In this document: positions 40,701-50,366 of the stretch, piece after piece
Layout: every line of letters begins with the position of its first letter
How positions within the stretch are numbered: position 1 is the stretch's first letter
Assembly: GCA_039586795.1 (NCBI GenBank)
Contig: JBDHJS010000002.1
Span: 1 to 64,000 of the forward strand
Direction of reading: 5' to 3'
Source: Gemmatimonadota bacterium
Lineage (GTDB): Bacteria > Gemmatimonadota > Gemmatimonadetes > Palauibacterales > KS3-K002
Length of the DNA: 64,000 bases
Notes under the pieces: model-generated
Databases searched by the model: none
Told to the model about the DNA's origin: nothing
The model's input: only the letters and a program-made list of their open reading frames with translations
Translations under genes and position numbers: made by a program

Positions 40701-40960
40701 ATCAGGCGCTGGGGATTGGACTGGTTGTCGGGACTCCCGTGGCCGGCACCTGCACCTTTGTGTGGTGGGAGACGCTGCAGGACCGGAGCCTCTATTTCGG
40801 CATCCCGAACATGGCCGTGAACGCCGAGGGCGCTCCGCTCGAGAACCGACAGCTCGAGCCTGACATCCGAGTGGAGAACGAGCCGGCGGCGCTGATCGCC
40901 GGGCGCGACCAGCAGCTGGAGCGGGCCGTCCAAGAGCTGCTGAACATCATCGGCGGCTGA
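37733..40960 (+). CDS. Tricorn-protease-like S41 peptidase
   Basis: Signal peptide, PD40 (SPDG) propeller repeats, ELNASH, DTRFNGGG, NYSDA, DQQLERAV. Confidence 0.92.
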   Translation: MRRFLGLALVFAALTATARAQEAPFWMRYPAISPDGSTIVFSYKGDLYRVPSSGGEARPLTLYGGHDYMPVWSPDGTSIAFASDRFGNFDIYLMPATGGSATRLTFHSASDYPSDFSPDGQNVIFTSSRLDDVLNPAFPTGALSELYSVPVIGGRVTQVLTVPAELARYDRAGTRLIYQDRKGYEDDWRKHHESSVTRDIWLHDLGDGTFRRISTYPGEDLNPVFTPDEAGAYYLSAENGTINVHQTSFADPGTSQQITSFENHPVRFLSSSTDGTLCYSYNGEIYTQSPGAQPARVSITVATDAQHRSEEIVSVTSGATEMAVSPSGKEVAFVYRGEVFVTSLETSVTKQITQTPEQERSISFSPDGKSILYAGERGGSWNIYRTSIAREEERYFFNATILDEEPVLVSDAETFQPAYSPDGKEVAYLEDRTTLKVISLESGDTRTILEGHRNFSYADGDQHYQWSPDGKWFLVEFLLPSYWMSEVGLVPSDGAGEVVNLTRSGYPDFRPKWMMGGKMLLWFSSRDGLKSQANTGSTQADAYAMFFTQDAYERFSLTKEEYELLQESEEDEEKDEEDDNGDEDEDALEPIEIELDGIEDRKVRLTIHSSRLSDAVVTPDGEKLIYLSRFERGYDLWVTELRTRETKILAKLGGGGGQLELDEDGKNVFLLSGGRISKFGVSDGKRTNISFSGEMVLNAAAEREYLFEHVWRQVREKFYDPNLHGVDWDFMKTEYARFLPYINNNYDFAELLSELLGELNASHTGAGYRARSENADATASLGAFYDQAYAGPGLRIAEVMAKGPLVQSGTRITAGVVIEQIDGQAITPTTNYYRLLNRKAGKKIRLSLFDPDSDDRWEETVKPISLGRESQLRYERWVETRRDLTHELSGGRLGYVHVRSMSDFSYRTVHEEVLGEQVTSEGLVVDTRFNGGGDLVNDLSAFLSGVRYMDFVTRTGQVIGFEPQRDWTKPSIVIASEGNYSDAHCFPYAYQALGIGLVVGTPVAGTCTFVWWETLQDRSLYFGIPNMAVNAEGAPLENRQLEPDIRVENEPAALIAGRDQQLERAVQELLNIIGG

Positions 40961-41001
40961 CCATCGCGCCGTCACACACTCTTAGAGCGCGGGGATAACT
41001 C

Positions 41002-41868
41002 ATGATCAGAGCCGCAAAAGATCCCTACCTGGTGCCGTTCGATGGGAGCTTCCGAGTGAAGAAGGCGCCAACTGCGCCACCGAAGAAGGAGATCAACAAG
41101 AAGGCCAACAAGAAGAAGCTCGCAAAGCTGCACGATGAGCTGGACGATCTTCAGCGCAAACTGTACGCGGACGATCGTTACGCCGTGCTCATCGTCTTCC
41201 AGGCGATGGACGCGGCGGGCAAGGACGGTACAATCCGCGCCGTGTTCTCCGGCGTGAACCCGGCCGGCGTGCAGGTCTTCTCGTTCAAGCAGCCTTCCGC
41301 CGAGGAGCTCGATCACGACTTCCTATGGCGGACGGCGCGGCGGCTCCCGGAGCGCGGCCGGATCGGCGTCTTCAACCGCAGCTACTATGAGGAGGTACTG
41401 GTCGTTCGCGTCCACCCGGAAATCCTGGAGAACCAACGCCTTCCCGGCCGATTGAGCCCGAAGCGATTCTGGAATGCGCGCTTCGAGTCGATCGCCGAGG
41501 AAGAGGAGCATCTGGCCCGCAACGGCGTCGTGATTCTGAAGTTCTGGCTAAACGTCTCCAAAGATGAGCAGCGAAGTCGTTTCCTGGCACGAATCGACGA
41601 GCCGCAGAAGAACTGGAAGTTCTCCAGAGCCGACGTGGAGGAACGGAAGCACTGGGACGACTACATGAAGGCATATCAAGACGCCCTCAACGCCACGTCA
41701 GAGTCGTGGGCGCCGTGGTACGCGATACCGGCTGACGACAAGCCGTTTATGCGCTTGAAGGTCGCGGAGATCATCGTCAATAACCTGAAGCGTCTGAACC
41801 TGGCTTACCCGGAGGTGAGCGCGGAAACGCGGCGGCGTTTACTGGAGATGCGGAAGTTGTTGAAGTGA
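41002..41868 (+). CDS. ppk2: Polyphosphate kinase 2 family (polyP:nucleotide phosphotransferase)
   Basis: [11 protein letters not shown]alker [19 protein letters not shown]. Confidence 0.92.
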   Translation: MIRAAKDPYLVPFDGSFRVKKAPTAPPKKEINKKANKKKLAKLHDELDDLQRKLYADDRYAVLIVFQAMDAAGKDGTIRAVFSGVNPAGVQVFSFKQPSAEELDHDFLWRTARRLPERGRIGVFNRSYYEEVLVVRVHPEILENQRLPGRLSPKRFWNARFESIAEEEEHLARNGVVILKFWLNVSKDEQRSRFLARIDEPQKNWKFSRADVEERKHWDDYMKAYQDALNATSESWAPWYAIPADDKPFMRLKVAEIIVNNLKRLNLAYPEVSAETRRRLLEMRKLLK

Positions 41869-41911
41869 GTTATCCGCAGCGGGGGTTGGGGCGGGAACGG
41901 TGGATCGCTCG

Positions 41912-42430
41912 TTAGCCAACCTCCAAGAGGGTTCGCTCGATCTGGCGCATATGGATGCGGTCGTGTCCCGCCAGTAAGCGGACCGATAGATCGACGCTCT
42001 CGGCGCCGCGTTCCGAGTGGAGACCGTAGCGCTCCCACGCCGGTCCGCGAGTTCGAAGGTAGAGATCGACGCTCAGTCCCCGGAGTCGGCGTAGCTCTTC
42101 CAGCAGCATCGAGAGCGGCCTGTTGTTGTGATCCATCCCCGCGACCATCAGGTCCTGGTCGTATCCCGCGATTTCCGGCTTGTCATGGCTGAGCATCAAG
42201 CGCATCCGATATCCGTATATCCATTCCGAGTCGCCCAAGTGGCCCAACACTTCCTTGACCGACCAGGCGCCTTCCCGCGGGCGTCGTTCCAGCATCGCTT
42301 CGTCGAGATCGGATAGTCGCTCCTCGATTAGGCCGGGGGTGTGGGCCAGAACATCGATGGGGTCATCGTCGCCGAGGAGGGCGAGAAGCTCGTCGCGGTA
42401 GGCCTCGAATTCGGTGATCGGGTCCGCCAT
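41912..42430 (-). CDS. DinB/YfiT family protein
   Basis: WSVKEVLGHL and GHDRIH motifs. Confidence 0.85.
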   Translation of the reverse strand: MADPITEFEAYRDELLALLGDDDPIDVLAHTPGLIEERLSDLDEAMLERRPREGAWSVKEVLGHLGDSEWIYGYRMRLMLSHDKPEIAGYDQDLMVAGMDHNNRPLSMLLEELRRLRGLSVDLYLRTRGPAWERYGLHSERGAESVDLSVRLLAGHDRIHMRQIERTLLEVG

Positions 42431-42449
42431 GGTCAGTCTCCATTGCTTC

Positions 42450-42543
42450 GAGCACGAGCAGGAGCACGATTAAGAACAGGAGCAATGAGCAAGAGGGCTC
42501 CCGGTCTGAGTCGTGCTGCTGCTCGTGCTTGTGCTCGTAATCG
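42450..42543. repeat. Inverted arrays of hexamer repeats (GAGCAS / STGCTC)
   Basis: gagcacgagcaggagcacgattaag...gtcgtgctgctgctcgtgcttgtgctcgtaatcg. Confidence 0.75.
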
Positions 42544-42548
42544 GACTT

Positions 42549-44885
42549 CTAGTTCAGATTCTCCTCGAACAGCTTCAAGATCCGACGGTACTCATCCGTC
42601 CAGGCCCAATCGTGCTCGAATCCGTGCTGCTCCTTGGGATAGATCGCCACCTCCCAGTTCTCCTTGCCAAGCTCCATCAAGCGCTCGGCCAGGCGGACCG
42701 TGTCCTGGAAATGGACATTCTGGTCGATCATGCCGTGGCAGATCAGCAGCGCCCCTTCCAACCCCTCCGCATGATAGATGGGCGAGCTGAGACGGTACGC
42801 CTCCGCATCGTCCTGCGGCAGCCCGAGAATGCGCGACGTGTACCAGTGATTGTAGTAGGCCCAATCGGTCACCGGACGCAAAGCGGCTCCCGCGGCAAAT
42901 GTCTCAGGCTCCAGGAACATCGCCATCAACGTGATGAAGCCGCCGTAGCTACCACCATAGAGCCCGATCCGACCCGGCTCGATCCCCAATGAGTCGATGA
43001 GGAACGCCGCACCATCGACCTGATCCGCGAGGTCCTTTCCGCCCATGTGCTTGTGAATCGCCGTCCGCCAGTCACGCCCATACCCGGCCGAGCCCCGATA
43101 GTCGATATCGAGCACCGTGTAGCCCCGCTGGGCGAGCAGGTTGTGGAACATGTATTCCCGGTAGTAGCTGCTCCACCAACTGTGGACGTTCTGCAGGTAG
43201 CCCGCGCCGTGGACGAAGATCACGGCCGCGCCGTTCGGGTTCTCCGGCCGATAAAGGCGGGCAGGGACCTCGAGACCGTCGCGTGCCGGGAAGTACACGA
43301 TCTCTGGAACCATCCAGTCACGAGCTTCGAACTCGGGCGTCGTCGACTCGGTGATCTGTCGCGCCCGGGCGCCTTCCTTGTTGTCCTGCAGGAAAAGTTC
43401 CGGCGGGTGGTTCATCCAGGCGTAAAGCACTCCCAACCGGCGGCCATCCGGCGACACGGCAACCGAGCTCGATCCGCCCTGCATCGTCCCGTGCCCGGTG
43501 ACCAGGCGCCGATCCCTGCCATCCAGGTTCATGCGGTAGAACCCGCGCTCGTGGGGGCTCGCTTCACTCGTGATCAGGAAGAACTCCTTCTCGTCGGGCG
43601 ACAGCCAGGCGTTCAACACTTCCCACGGGCCTGTGGTTAGCGGGAGCGGCTCCCCGCCGCCCACGGCGATTGTGTAGAGATGCGCGAAGCCGGACGCCTC
43701 CGACATGTACCAGACGTGGTCGCCGTCGGGCATCCAGCCGGCGCTGGCCCATCCCGGGCCACCGATCCATGCATCATCGTGCAGCTGATCGACGATGCGT
43801 GACTCACCGGTCTCGGGATCAACGATGAAGACCCAGCGGTCCTTCATGTCGTCGGCGAGTCCCATGATCAGCAGCCGCTGTGAGTTCTTGGACCACCCGC
43901 GGAACATCAGTCGGACTTCACGATCCTCCTGGCCGTGGTCGACCCAGATCACCTCACCCGTCGTCAGGTCCATGATGCCGAGTTTGGAACTGCTCTGTGC
44001 ATCGCCGACGTTGGTCCGCTTGCGAGGTGCCTGCCGCGTGTACCCGTCCTCCGTCACGTAGTCCGGGACCCAGGCGAGGCGCGGATTCTGCGCTTCCATG
44101 GAGAGGCTGAACACCATCTGCGAGCCGTCCGGCGATATCCAGTATCCGCCGAACCTCTCGCCGTTCTTCACGAAGAACGTCTTTGGCGTGTCGACCTGCT
44201 CCGGGTCCGTGGGCGGCGGCCAGCGGGTTGCCCGCTGAATTGAGTCCTCACGAAAGACGCGCAGCAGTTCGGCCTGCTCCTCCTCCAGGAATAGGCGCTG
44301 TCCCTCCGCTTCCCGTTCCTCGCGTGGCTCGTTGCCGCGTCGGATGTCGGTGAGCTGGGTGATCGTCCCGCTGCTCACATCGACGCGAAAGAGGTTGTTG
44401 CTGACCACGTAGTAGACGGCGCTGCCGTCGGGCGCGATCCGAATCGACGACAGTCGCCCGGGAGTCGACAGCAGCAGGCGTTCCTCGCCGCTCCTCACGT
44501 CGAGCAAGTAAAGATCGCCGCCGTCAGTGAACGCAGCCCAGCGTCTGTCATCGCTGTACGTGGCCGACAGACGCGGTTGCAGGTGCCGCGCCTCGTCGTC
44601 ATCGACGACTTCCGGGTCGCCGCCACCCCGGTCCACACGATAGACCCGCTGTCGCTCCTCCCCCGGCGGCTTCCAAACGAAGTACAGAGTCCGGCCGTCC
44701 GGCGACCAGCTGAGCCGGGAAGGTGAGGTCCCCACCAGCGCGGGGCCTTGCATGATGTAAGGGACGGTAAGTTCCGACTGGGCCTGAACGGTGGGCGCTT
44801 GCGGCGCCTGTGTGCTGGCTACGTTTACATGTGAAGCGACTAGAACCAACGCGATGAGGAAAACGCTGAGATAGTTGACCCGCAT
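42549..44885 (-). CDS. S9 family (DPP-IV-like) prolyl oligopeptidase, exported
   Basis: GGSYGG nucleophile, HGMIDQNV, QHGF; N-terminal propeller and signal peptide. Confidence 0.92.
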   Translation of the reverse strand: MRVNYLSVFLIALVLVASHVNVASTQAPQAPTVQAQSELTVPYIMQGPALVGTSPSRLSWSPDGRTLYFVWKPPGEERQRVYRVDRGGGDPEVVDDDEARHLQPRLSATYSDDRRWAAFTDGGDLYLLDVRSGEERLLLSTPGRLSSIRIAPDGSAVYYVVSNNLFRVDVSSGTITQLTDIRRGNEPREEREAEGQRLFLEEEQAELLRVFREDSIQRATRWPPPTDPEQVDTPKTFFVKNGERFGGYWISPDGSQMVFSLSMEAQNPRLAWVPDYVTEDGYTRQAPRKRTNVGDAQSSSKLGIMDLTTGEVIWVDHGQEDREVRLMFRGWSKNSQRLLIMGLADDMKDRWVFIVDPETGESRIVDQLHDDAWIGGPGWASAGWMPDGDHVWYMSEASGFAHLYTIAVGGGEPLPLTTGPWEVLNAWLSPDEKEFFLITSEASPHERGFYRMNLDGRDRRLVTGHGTMQGGSSSVAVSPDGRRLGVLYAWMNHPPELFLQDNKEGARARQITESTTPEFEARDWMVPEIVYFPARDGLEVPARLYRPENPNGAAVIFVHGAGYLQNVHSWWSSYYREYMFHNLLAQRGYTVLDIDYRGSAGYGRDWRTAIHKHMGGKDLADQVDGAAFLIDSLGIEPGRIGLYGGSYGGFITLMAMFLEPETFAAGAALRPVTDWAYYNHWYTSRILGLPQDDAEAYRLSSPIYHAEGLEGALLICHGMIDQNVHFQDTVRLAERLMELGKENWEVAIYPKEQHGFEHDWAWTDEYRRILKLFEENLN

Positions 44886-46199
44886 TTATGCTTCCTCCGG
44901 AAAGTCCTCCAGAACTTCCTTCACCTTGGCCATGAAGAAGTCGCCCATGGCGCCATCCACGACCCGGTGATCGAACGTGAGGCCGAAGTACGAGCGTGAC
45001 CGTATCGCGATCATGTCGTCGATGACGACCGGTCGCTTCTCGATCGCGCCGATACCGAGGATTCCGACCTGTGGCTGGTTGATGATCGGCGTGCCAAATA
45101 GAGAGCCGAACACGCCGGGATTCGTGATCGTGAACGTGCCGCCCTGGACGTCGTCAGGATCGAGCTGCCGCGTGCGCGCTCGCTCGCCGATGTCCTGCAG
45201 ACGCCGTGCGATTCCCAGCAGGCTGAGCTCGTCGACGTCCTTCAACACGGGAACGATGAGCCCGCTGCCCTCATCCATGGCCACGGCGATGCCGATGTTG
45301 TAGTTGCTGTGGTAGACGACCTTGCGGCCAACGACCGACGAGTTGAGCACCGGGTAGGCCTTCAGACCCTCGAGCACCGCCTTGATGATGAACGACAAGA
45401 ACGTGAGCTTGACGCCATCCTGTTCGAAGCGCGGCTTGAGTTTCTTGCGAATGGCGGCCACGCGATCGAAGTCGATCTCGAACACCGAGCTGACATGCGC
45501 GCTAATTCGGCGGCTCATGAGCATGTGCTCCATGATCCGCTGCCGCATGATGTTCATTTCCTCGACGCGATCGTTCTCTCGGATGATCACGTCCGGGATC
45601 TTGATCTCCAGCGTGTCACCGTGAATCGGGACGTAGAGCACGCCGGGCGCGCCGACCGGCATCCCGGCCGCGGCACCGCCACTCTCGATGAACGCCAGGA
45701 TATCCTTCTTCGTCACGCGTCCCGCGACGCCGCTGCCGGAGAGCCGCGCGATATCCACGCCATGCTCAGCTGCGATGCGCCGCACCAGCGGCGTCGAACG
45801 AGTCCGCAGCCGCTGCTCTTTGGTTCCGGGCCCGTCGCCGTCGATCTTGGCCGCGAGGGGCGCGGCCGCTGGGGCGGGCGCGGGCTTTGCCGCGGGCTTC
45901 TCGGCTGGTTTTGCCGCCGGTGTTTCCTCTGCTTCGGCCGGCGCTTCGGCCGCATCGGCTTCCGTCTCGATGCGAGCGATCACCGAGCCGACCTCCACGG
46001 TTGTCCCTTCCTCGACCAGGATCTCGGCCAGCGTGCCCGAGACGGGTGATGGGATATCGGCATCCACTTTGTCGGTGGAAATCTCGAGGATCGACTGATC
46101 CCGCTTCACCTCGTCGCCGATGTTCACCATCCACCGAGTGATCGTCCCCTCGGCGATCGATTCTCCCATCTGCGGCATTATGACATCGACTCTTGCCAT
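44886..46199 (-). CDS. 2-oxoacid dehydrogenase E2 (dihydrolipoamide acyltransferase)
   Basis: Lipoyl STDKVD, E3-binding GSGVAGRVTKKD, catalytic FDHRVVDG. Confidence 0.95.
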   Translation of the reverse strand: MARVDVIMPQMGESIAEGTITRWMVNIGDEVKRDQSILEISTDKVDADIPSPVSGTLAEILVEEGTTVEVGSVIARIETEADAAEAPAEAEETPAAKPAEKPAAKPAPAPAAAPLAAKIDGDGPGTKEQRLRTRSTPLVRRIAAEHGVDIARLSGSGVAGRVTKKDILAFIESGGAAAGMPVGAPGVLYVPIHGDTLEIKIPDVIIRENDRVEEMNIMRQRIMEHMLMSRRISAHVSSVFEIDFDRVAAIRKKLKPRFEQDGVKLTFLSFIIKAVLEGLKAYPVLNSSVVGRKVVYHSNYNIGIAVAMDEGSGLIVPVLKDVDELSLLGIARRLQDIGERARTRQLDPDDVQGGTFTITNPGVFGSLFGTPIINQPQVGILGIGAIEKRPVVIDDMIAIRSRSYFGLTFDHRVVDGAMGDFFMAKVKEVLEDFPEEA

Positions 46200-46226
46200 G
46201 GCTTCGGCCTCAGGTCTTTGGTTCTG

Positions 46227-47234
46227 CTAGTACGCGAGCATCCAACGCGCAGCTCTCGCTATTTGATCCGCCTGCACAAGATACTCGTCCTCGAGCGGCG
46301 GACTAAAGGGAACGGGTGTGTCGGGGCCGGTCACGCGGCGCACCGGTGCGTCCAGCCACTCGAAACAGTTCTCGTTGACGCGAGCGACGATCTCTCCGGC
46401 GATCCCACCGGTGCGTGGCGCTTCATGAACTACCAAGCATCGATTCGTCTTCTTCACCGAATCGACTATCGCCGCATCGTCAATTGGGTTCAGGGAGCGC
46501 AAGTCGATAACCTCGATCTGCGCGCCGTCTTCGTCCGCCAACAATTCAGCCGCTTCCACCGAACGCTGAACCATCGCACCGAAGGTGAGCACGCTCAGCG
46601 CATCTCCCTCTCGGGCGCAACGCGCCTTGCCGATCGGCACCACGAAATCGTCTTCGGGAAGCGCTTCTCTGACGCGTCGATAGAGATACTTGTGCTCAAA
46701 GTAGAGGACCGGGTCCGGGTCCCTGATGGCCGCTTTCAACAAGCCTTTAGCATCATACGGCGTAGAAGGCGCCACCATCTTCAGACCCGCGACGTTCAGA
46801 AAGTACGACTCCACATTCTGCGAATGAAAAGGCCCTCCCCTTCCACCACCACCGCACGGTCCGCGCACGACGATCGACGCGTTCTCCCCCGTTCGGTATC
46901 GCAGTTTCGCCGCGAAGTTGACCAGCATGTCGAACGCCGGCGCGATGAAGTCGATGAACTGCATTTCAACGACCGGCTTCAGGCCCAGCTGGCTGGCTCC
47001 GATCGCCGCACCGACAATCGCCGCTTCGCTGATCGGCGTGTCGATGACCCGGTCGGCGCCGAATCGCTCCCTGAAGCCCTCGGTCAGCTTGAACGCGCCG
47101 CCGTAGCGGCCGATATCCTCGCCAAGGAGAAAGACCGACTCGTCGCTCTCCATCTCTTCGCGGAGTCCGTCCCGAATCGCCTCGAGGTACGTTACCGTCT
47201 GACGATCATCTGTCGCGACGTCCGTCTTGGTCAT
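46227..47234 (-). CDS. 2-oxoacid dehydrogenase E1 beta subunit (branched-chain type likely)
   Basis: GEDIG..GG, DTPISE, EMQFIDF, FHSQ, FEHK. Confidence 0.93.
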   Translation of the reverse strand: MTKTDVATDDRQTVTYLEAIRDGLREEMESDESVFLLGEDIGRYGGAFKLTEGFRERFGADRVIDTPISEAAIVGAAIGASQLGLKPVVEMQFIDFIAPAFDMLVNFAAKLRYRTGENASIVVRGPCGGGGRGGPFHSQNVESYFLNVAGLKMVAPSTPYDAKGLLKAAIRDPDPVLYFEHKYLYRRVREALPEDDFVVPIGKARCAREGDALSVLTFGAMVQRSVEAAELLADEDGAQIEVIDLRSLNPIDDAAIVDSVKKTNRCLVVHEAPRTGGIAGEIVARVNENCFEWLDAPVRRVTGPDTPVPFSPPLEDEYLVQADQIARAARWMLAY

Positions 47235-47301
47235 AAGCAGTGGTTGAGGTCAGAACCGGCGAAACCGTAGCGGCAAAATCTAACCCGGGCTAAAGGCGAC
47301 T

Positions 47302-48339
47302 TCAAACAGCGGGCCGTCGGAGGGGCAGCTCGAGGATCCGCGCATCGCCTGACACGCCGCCCTCGGACCAGCGGACGCTGGCCGGCGGCTCGACTTCTCG
47401 TCTGACGTAACCCAAGCCGATGGGCCCCAAATCTGGCGAGTTCGCCACCGATGTGACCTGGCCAATGTCCTTGCCCGCCAGGGATAGCGCCGATCCCGGC
47501 ACCGCACCGTCCGCGTCGAATTCCAGTCCCCGGAGCCGACGATTCACATGACCACGAAAATGGACCCGGGCCACCACTTCCTGGCCCAGGTAGCAACCTT
47601 TGTCGTAAGAGATCGCTTCCCCCTCCAGCCCGGTTTCCTGGGCGAGGTTGTCATCGCTGATGTCCACCCCATACAACGCCAAACCCGACTCTATCCGGAC
47701 AACCTCCAGCGCCCGCGCCCCAACGGGTCTCCCGCCGGCCGCGCCCACCGCCTTCGACAGATGCTCCGCCAGCGCCCTCGCCGCATCGGCAGGCGCGATG
47801 AACTCCAAGCCGTCCGAGCCCAACCATCGGTTCCGGATCACAAGGACCTGGCGACCGTCCAGGTCGTGCCCGCTTGTCGCCAGGTGCTCTGTTGGAGGCT
47901 CCAGCCCCAGAGCATCCTGGACCGCGGTAGCCGCCTCGGGACCGTACACCGCCAGCTGGGTCACTGCCTCGCTGACGTCTTCGAACGTCGCGTAGATCGG
48001 CGGCAGGTACTTCTTGAAGGTGGCGAGAAGGTTCGGAAGCCCACTCCGCGGAACATCGAGGAGGGTATCGCCGGCCCGGGGGAAGACTCGCAGGTCCGTC
48101 AGGACTCGCCCTTTAGCGGTGAGCAGGAACGCGTGTCGCCCCACATCCGACAGACCCGCTACCTGGTTGCTTACCAGTCCGTTGAGCATCTCGTCGCGAC
48201 GGTCACCGGATACGACCACGCAGCCCCGGTCGGAGCGCGCCGCCAGCCCACAAGTATCTACCAGGGCACGATACTCGGCCTCAAAGTCGCCCAGCTCAGA
48301 AGCTGCCGTCAGGTTTTCTAGATCCACTTTCAGTATCAC
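47302..48339 (-). CDS. ygfZ: YgfZ/GcvT-like folate-binding protein
   Basis: KGCYLGQE signature; start placed at GTG ~48339, downstream of the ompA terminator. Confidence 0.85.
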   Translation of the reverse strand: MILKVDLENLTAASELGDFEAEYRALVDTCGLAARSDRGCVVVSGDRRDEMLNGLVSNQVAGLSDVGRHAFLLTAKGRVLTDLRVFPRAGDTLLDVPRSGLPNLLATFKKYLPPIYATFEDVSEAVTQLAVYGPEAATAVQDALGLEPPTEHLATSGHDLDGRQVLVIRNRWLGSDGLEFIAPADAARALAEHLSKAVGAAGGRPVGARALEVVRIESGLALYGVDISDDNLAQETGLEGEAISYDKGCYLGQEVVARVHFRGHVNRRLRGLEFDADGAVPGSALSLAGKDIGQVTSVANSPDLGPIGLGYVRREVEPPASVRWSEGGVSGDARILELPLRRPAV

Positions 48340-48348
48340 ACCAAAAGA

Positions 48349-48386
48349 CGAAGCGCCCCCGGCCCGTCGGGCCGCGGGGCGCTTCG
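48349..48386 (-). terminator. Intrinsic terminator after the OmpA-family gene
   Basis: CGAAGCGCCCC...GGGGCGCTTCG stem followed by TCTTTT on the minus strand. Confidence 0.7.
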
Positions 48387-48405
48387 AATGCAAAGCAGCG
48401 CTGAG

Positions 48406-49044
48406 CTACATGCCCGCACCGCGGACCGAGCCGCCGTAATCGATCGCCAGAACGACGCGGCGGTTCTCGATACCGGTGACACCGGGGCCACGGGCCCCTG
48501 GAACCACCTGACGGTCCGGTGACTCACCGTAGCTGACCGAACGGACCTGATCGCCGGGCATCCCGCCCGCTGTGGTCAGGTACCGCTTGACGGCGTCCGC
48601 ACGACGCTTGCCGAGCGAGATGTTATACGCCTCGCTGCCAGCAGGATCGGCGAAGCCCTCGACCGTGATCAGGGCGTCGGCGTAGAACTCCTTGACTACC
48701 TCCGCAAAGCGATCCAGCACCGGCCTGTCGAGGTCACGGATGTCGGCCTTGTCATAGTCGAAGTGCACAGGAACGTTGAACTTCAGCATCCCCTGGGCCT
48801 TCTCCATAGTGACATTGAAGTCCCTCCGCAGTGCCTGCATCTCGGACTCGAGGCTCGAAACGCGGCTCTCGAGCTGGTCGACCCGGCCCGACAGCTGCTG
48901 ATCGCCGGCCGCCATCTCCTGACGCACCTGCGCGAGCTCGGCATCGAGTTCCTCTGGCTTGACGCCGGCCTGGCAGCTGACCAACCCCAGGGCGAGAATG
49001 CCGAACACCGCGGTGGTCGCCAACCGCACGTGTCGTCTGACCAT
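48406..49044 (-). CDS. OmpA/Pal-like peptidoglycan-binding lipoprotein with coiled coil
   Basis: Lipobox LVSC, VHFDYD, EGFADPAGSEAYNISLGKRRA, NRRV; SD GAAGGAGG before ATG 49044. Confidence 0.9.
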   Translation of the reverse strand: MVRRHVRLATTAVFGILALGLVSCQAGVKPEELDAELAQVRQEMAAGDQQLSGRVDQLESRVSSLESEMQALRRDFNVTMEKAQGMLKFNVPVHFDYDKADIRDLDRPVLDRFAEVVKEFYADALITVEGFADPAGSEAYNISLGKRRADAVKRYLTTAGGMPGDQVRSVSYGESPDRQVVPGARGPGVTGIENRRVVLAIDYGGSVRGAGM

Positions 49045-49363
49045 CGCTCCTCCTTCTGGTATTGCGTGTGACGGAGCCATAGGCCCCACAAACCTAACGT
49101 CGGGCCTTGGCGATTACCAACCTCCGCCGGCAAGCCAGCGGTTGACCTCGACGATCCGTGATCTCGGTGCCGTCCCAAACCCCGTAAACCCGGCACACGC
49201 CTATCCTTACGCCAGACAGGGATTGCTCGGGAGCGACGTTATTAAGCGGGCTAGGGCCTGGGGAGTAACAATATGTAGCGGGTGAGGCGCATTGGCAACG
49301 GTGGACCGAGCCTGCCGCAACACCAAAATTGACTCCGGGCGGGTCGGGCACAAGATTGGGGTT

Positions 49364-50350
49364 ATGAACAACTCAACTCAGACTCCGGCACCAGCCAGCC
49401 GAGTCAAGCTAACGGATATCTCCTCCCGGTCCTGGGAGCACCCAGCCGACCGGGCAGCCCTCCGCAGCCTCAACACCATCCCCGGCTTCTCCGATGTCGT
49501 TCGCAAGATCGTCGGTCTATTCGGAGAGCGCGGACTGAGGCTGTTCTTCCAGGCGCAAGCGGTTCGTGTGACCCCAAACCAGTACGGGTGGATTCACGAT
49601 CTGCACCTGCGGTCCATCGATACCCTCGATCTCGGTTGGGAACCGGAGCTCTACATCTCGCAGACTCCGGTGGTCAACGCGGGCGCCCTAGGTGTCGAAG
49701 AGCCCTTCGTGTTGATCAACAGCGCCGCGATCGACCTGCTCAGTCCAGAGGAGCTAGAGACCGTCCTCGCCCATGAGATCGGGCACATCGCCAGCGACCA
49801 CGTCCTGTATCGAACGGTCTTCACCCTGCTGCTCCTGCTCGCCCAGCGGCAGCTTCCCATAGCCGGGATCGCGATCGGAGCAGTCATCCTGGCGATGGCC
49901 GAGTGGAACCGCAAAAGCGAGCTGTCCTGCGACCGTGCGGCGCTGCTCGGGACACAGGATCCCGACGCCGTGATGGGCGCCTTCATGAAGCTGGCAGGCG
50001 GCACCGATCACCACAGCGACGCTCTCAATCTGGGCGAGTTCATTCAGCAGTCCGACGAGTACGAAGAGGACGAGAGCCTGGGCGACGCGGTGTTCAAAGT
50101 CATGAACCTGCTCGGTTCCACCCACCCGTTCCACGTCCTACGAGTCGGCGAGCTGCGACGCTGGATTCGAGAGGGTCACTACGACCGGATCATCCGCGGC
50201 GAGTACGTGCGGCGAAGCGAGTCCCAGCGTGCCTACAAGGAGGATGCCAAGGAAGCGGCGTCCTACTACAGCAACGCGGTGAAGAAAGGGATCAGCAAGC
50301 TGAGCGCTTTTCTGGATGACGCCCTAAAGGGCGGGCCGGTGGATTTATAG
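49364..50350 (+). CDS. M48 (Ste24/HtpX-like) metallopeptidase
   Basis: WEHPADRAAL, HEIGH, ELSCDRA, STHP. Confidence 0.9.
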   Translation: MNNSTQTPAPASRVKLTDISSRSWEHPADRAALRSLNTIPGFSDVVRKIVGLFGERGLRLFFQAQAVRVTPNQYGWIHDLHLRSIDTLDLGWEPELYISQTPVVNAGALGVEEPFVLINSAAIDLLSPEELETVLAHEIGHIASDHVLYRTVFTLLLLLAQRQLPIAGIAIGAVILAMAEWNRKSELSCDRAALLGTQDPDAVMGAFMKLAGGTDHHSDALNLGEFIQQSDEYEEDESLGDAVFKVMNLLGSTHPFHVLRVGELRRWIREGHYDRIIRGEYVRRSESQRAYKEDAKEAASYYSNAVKKGISKLSAFLDDALKGGPVDL

Positions 50351-50366
50351 GATCGTTCCGAACATG

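Noticed and set aside
49090..49363. Long ompA/M48 divergent intergenic region considered as a riboswitch
   Set aside because: No aptamer consensus that I recognise; only a weak TTGACT-17-AAGATT promoter-like match.
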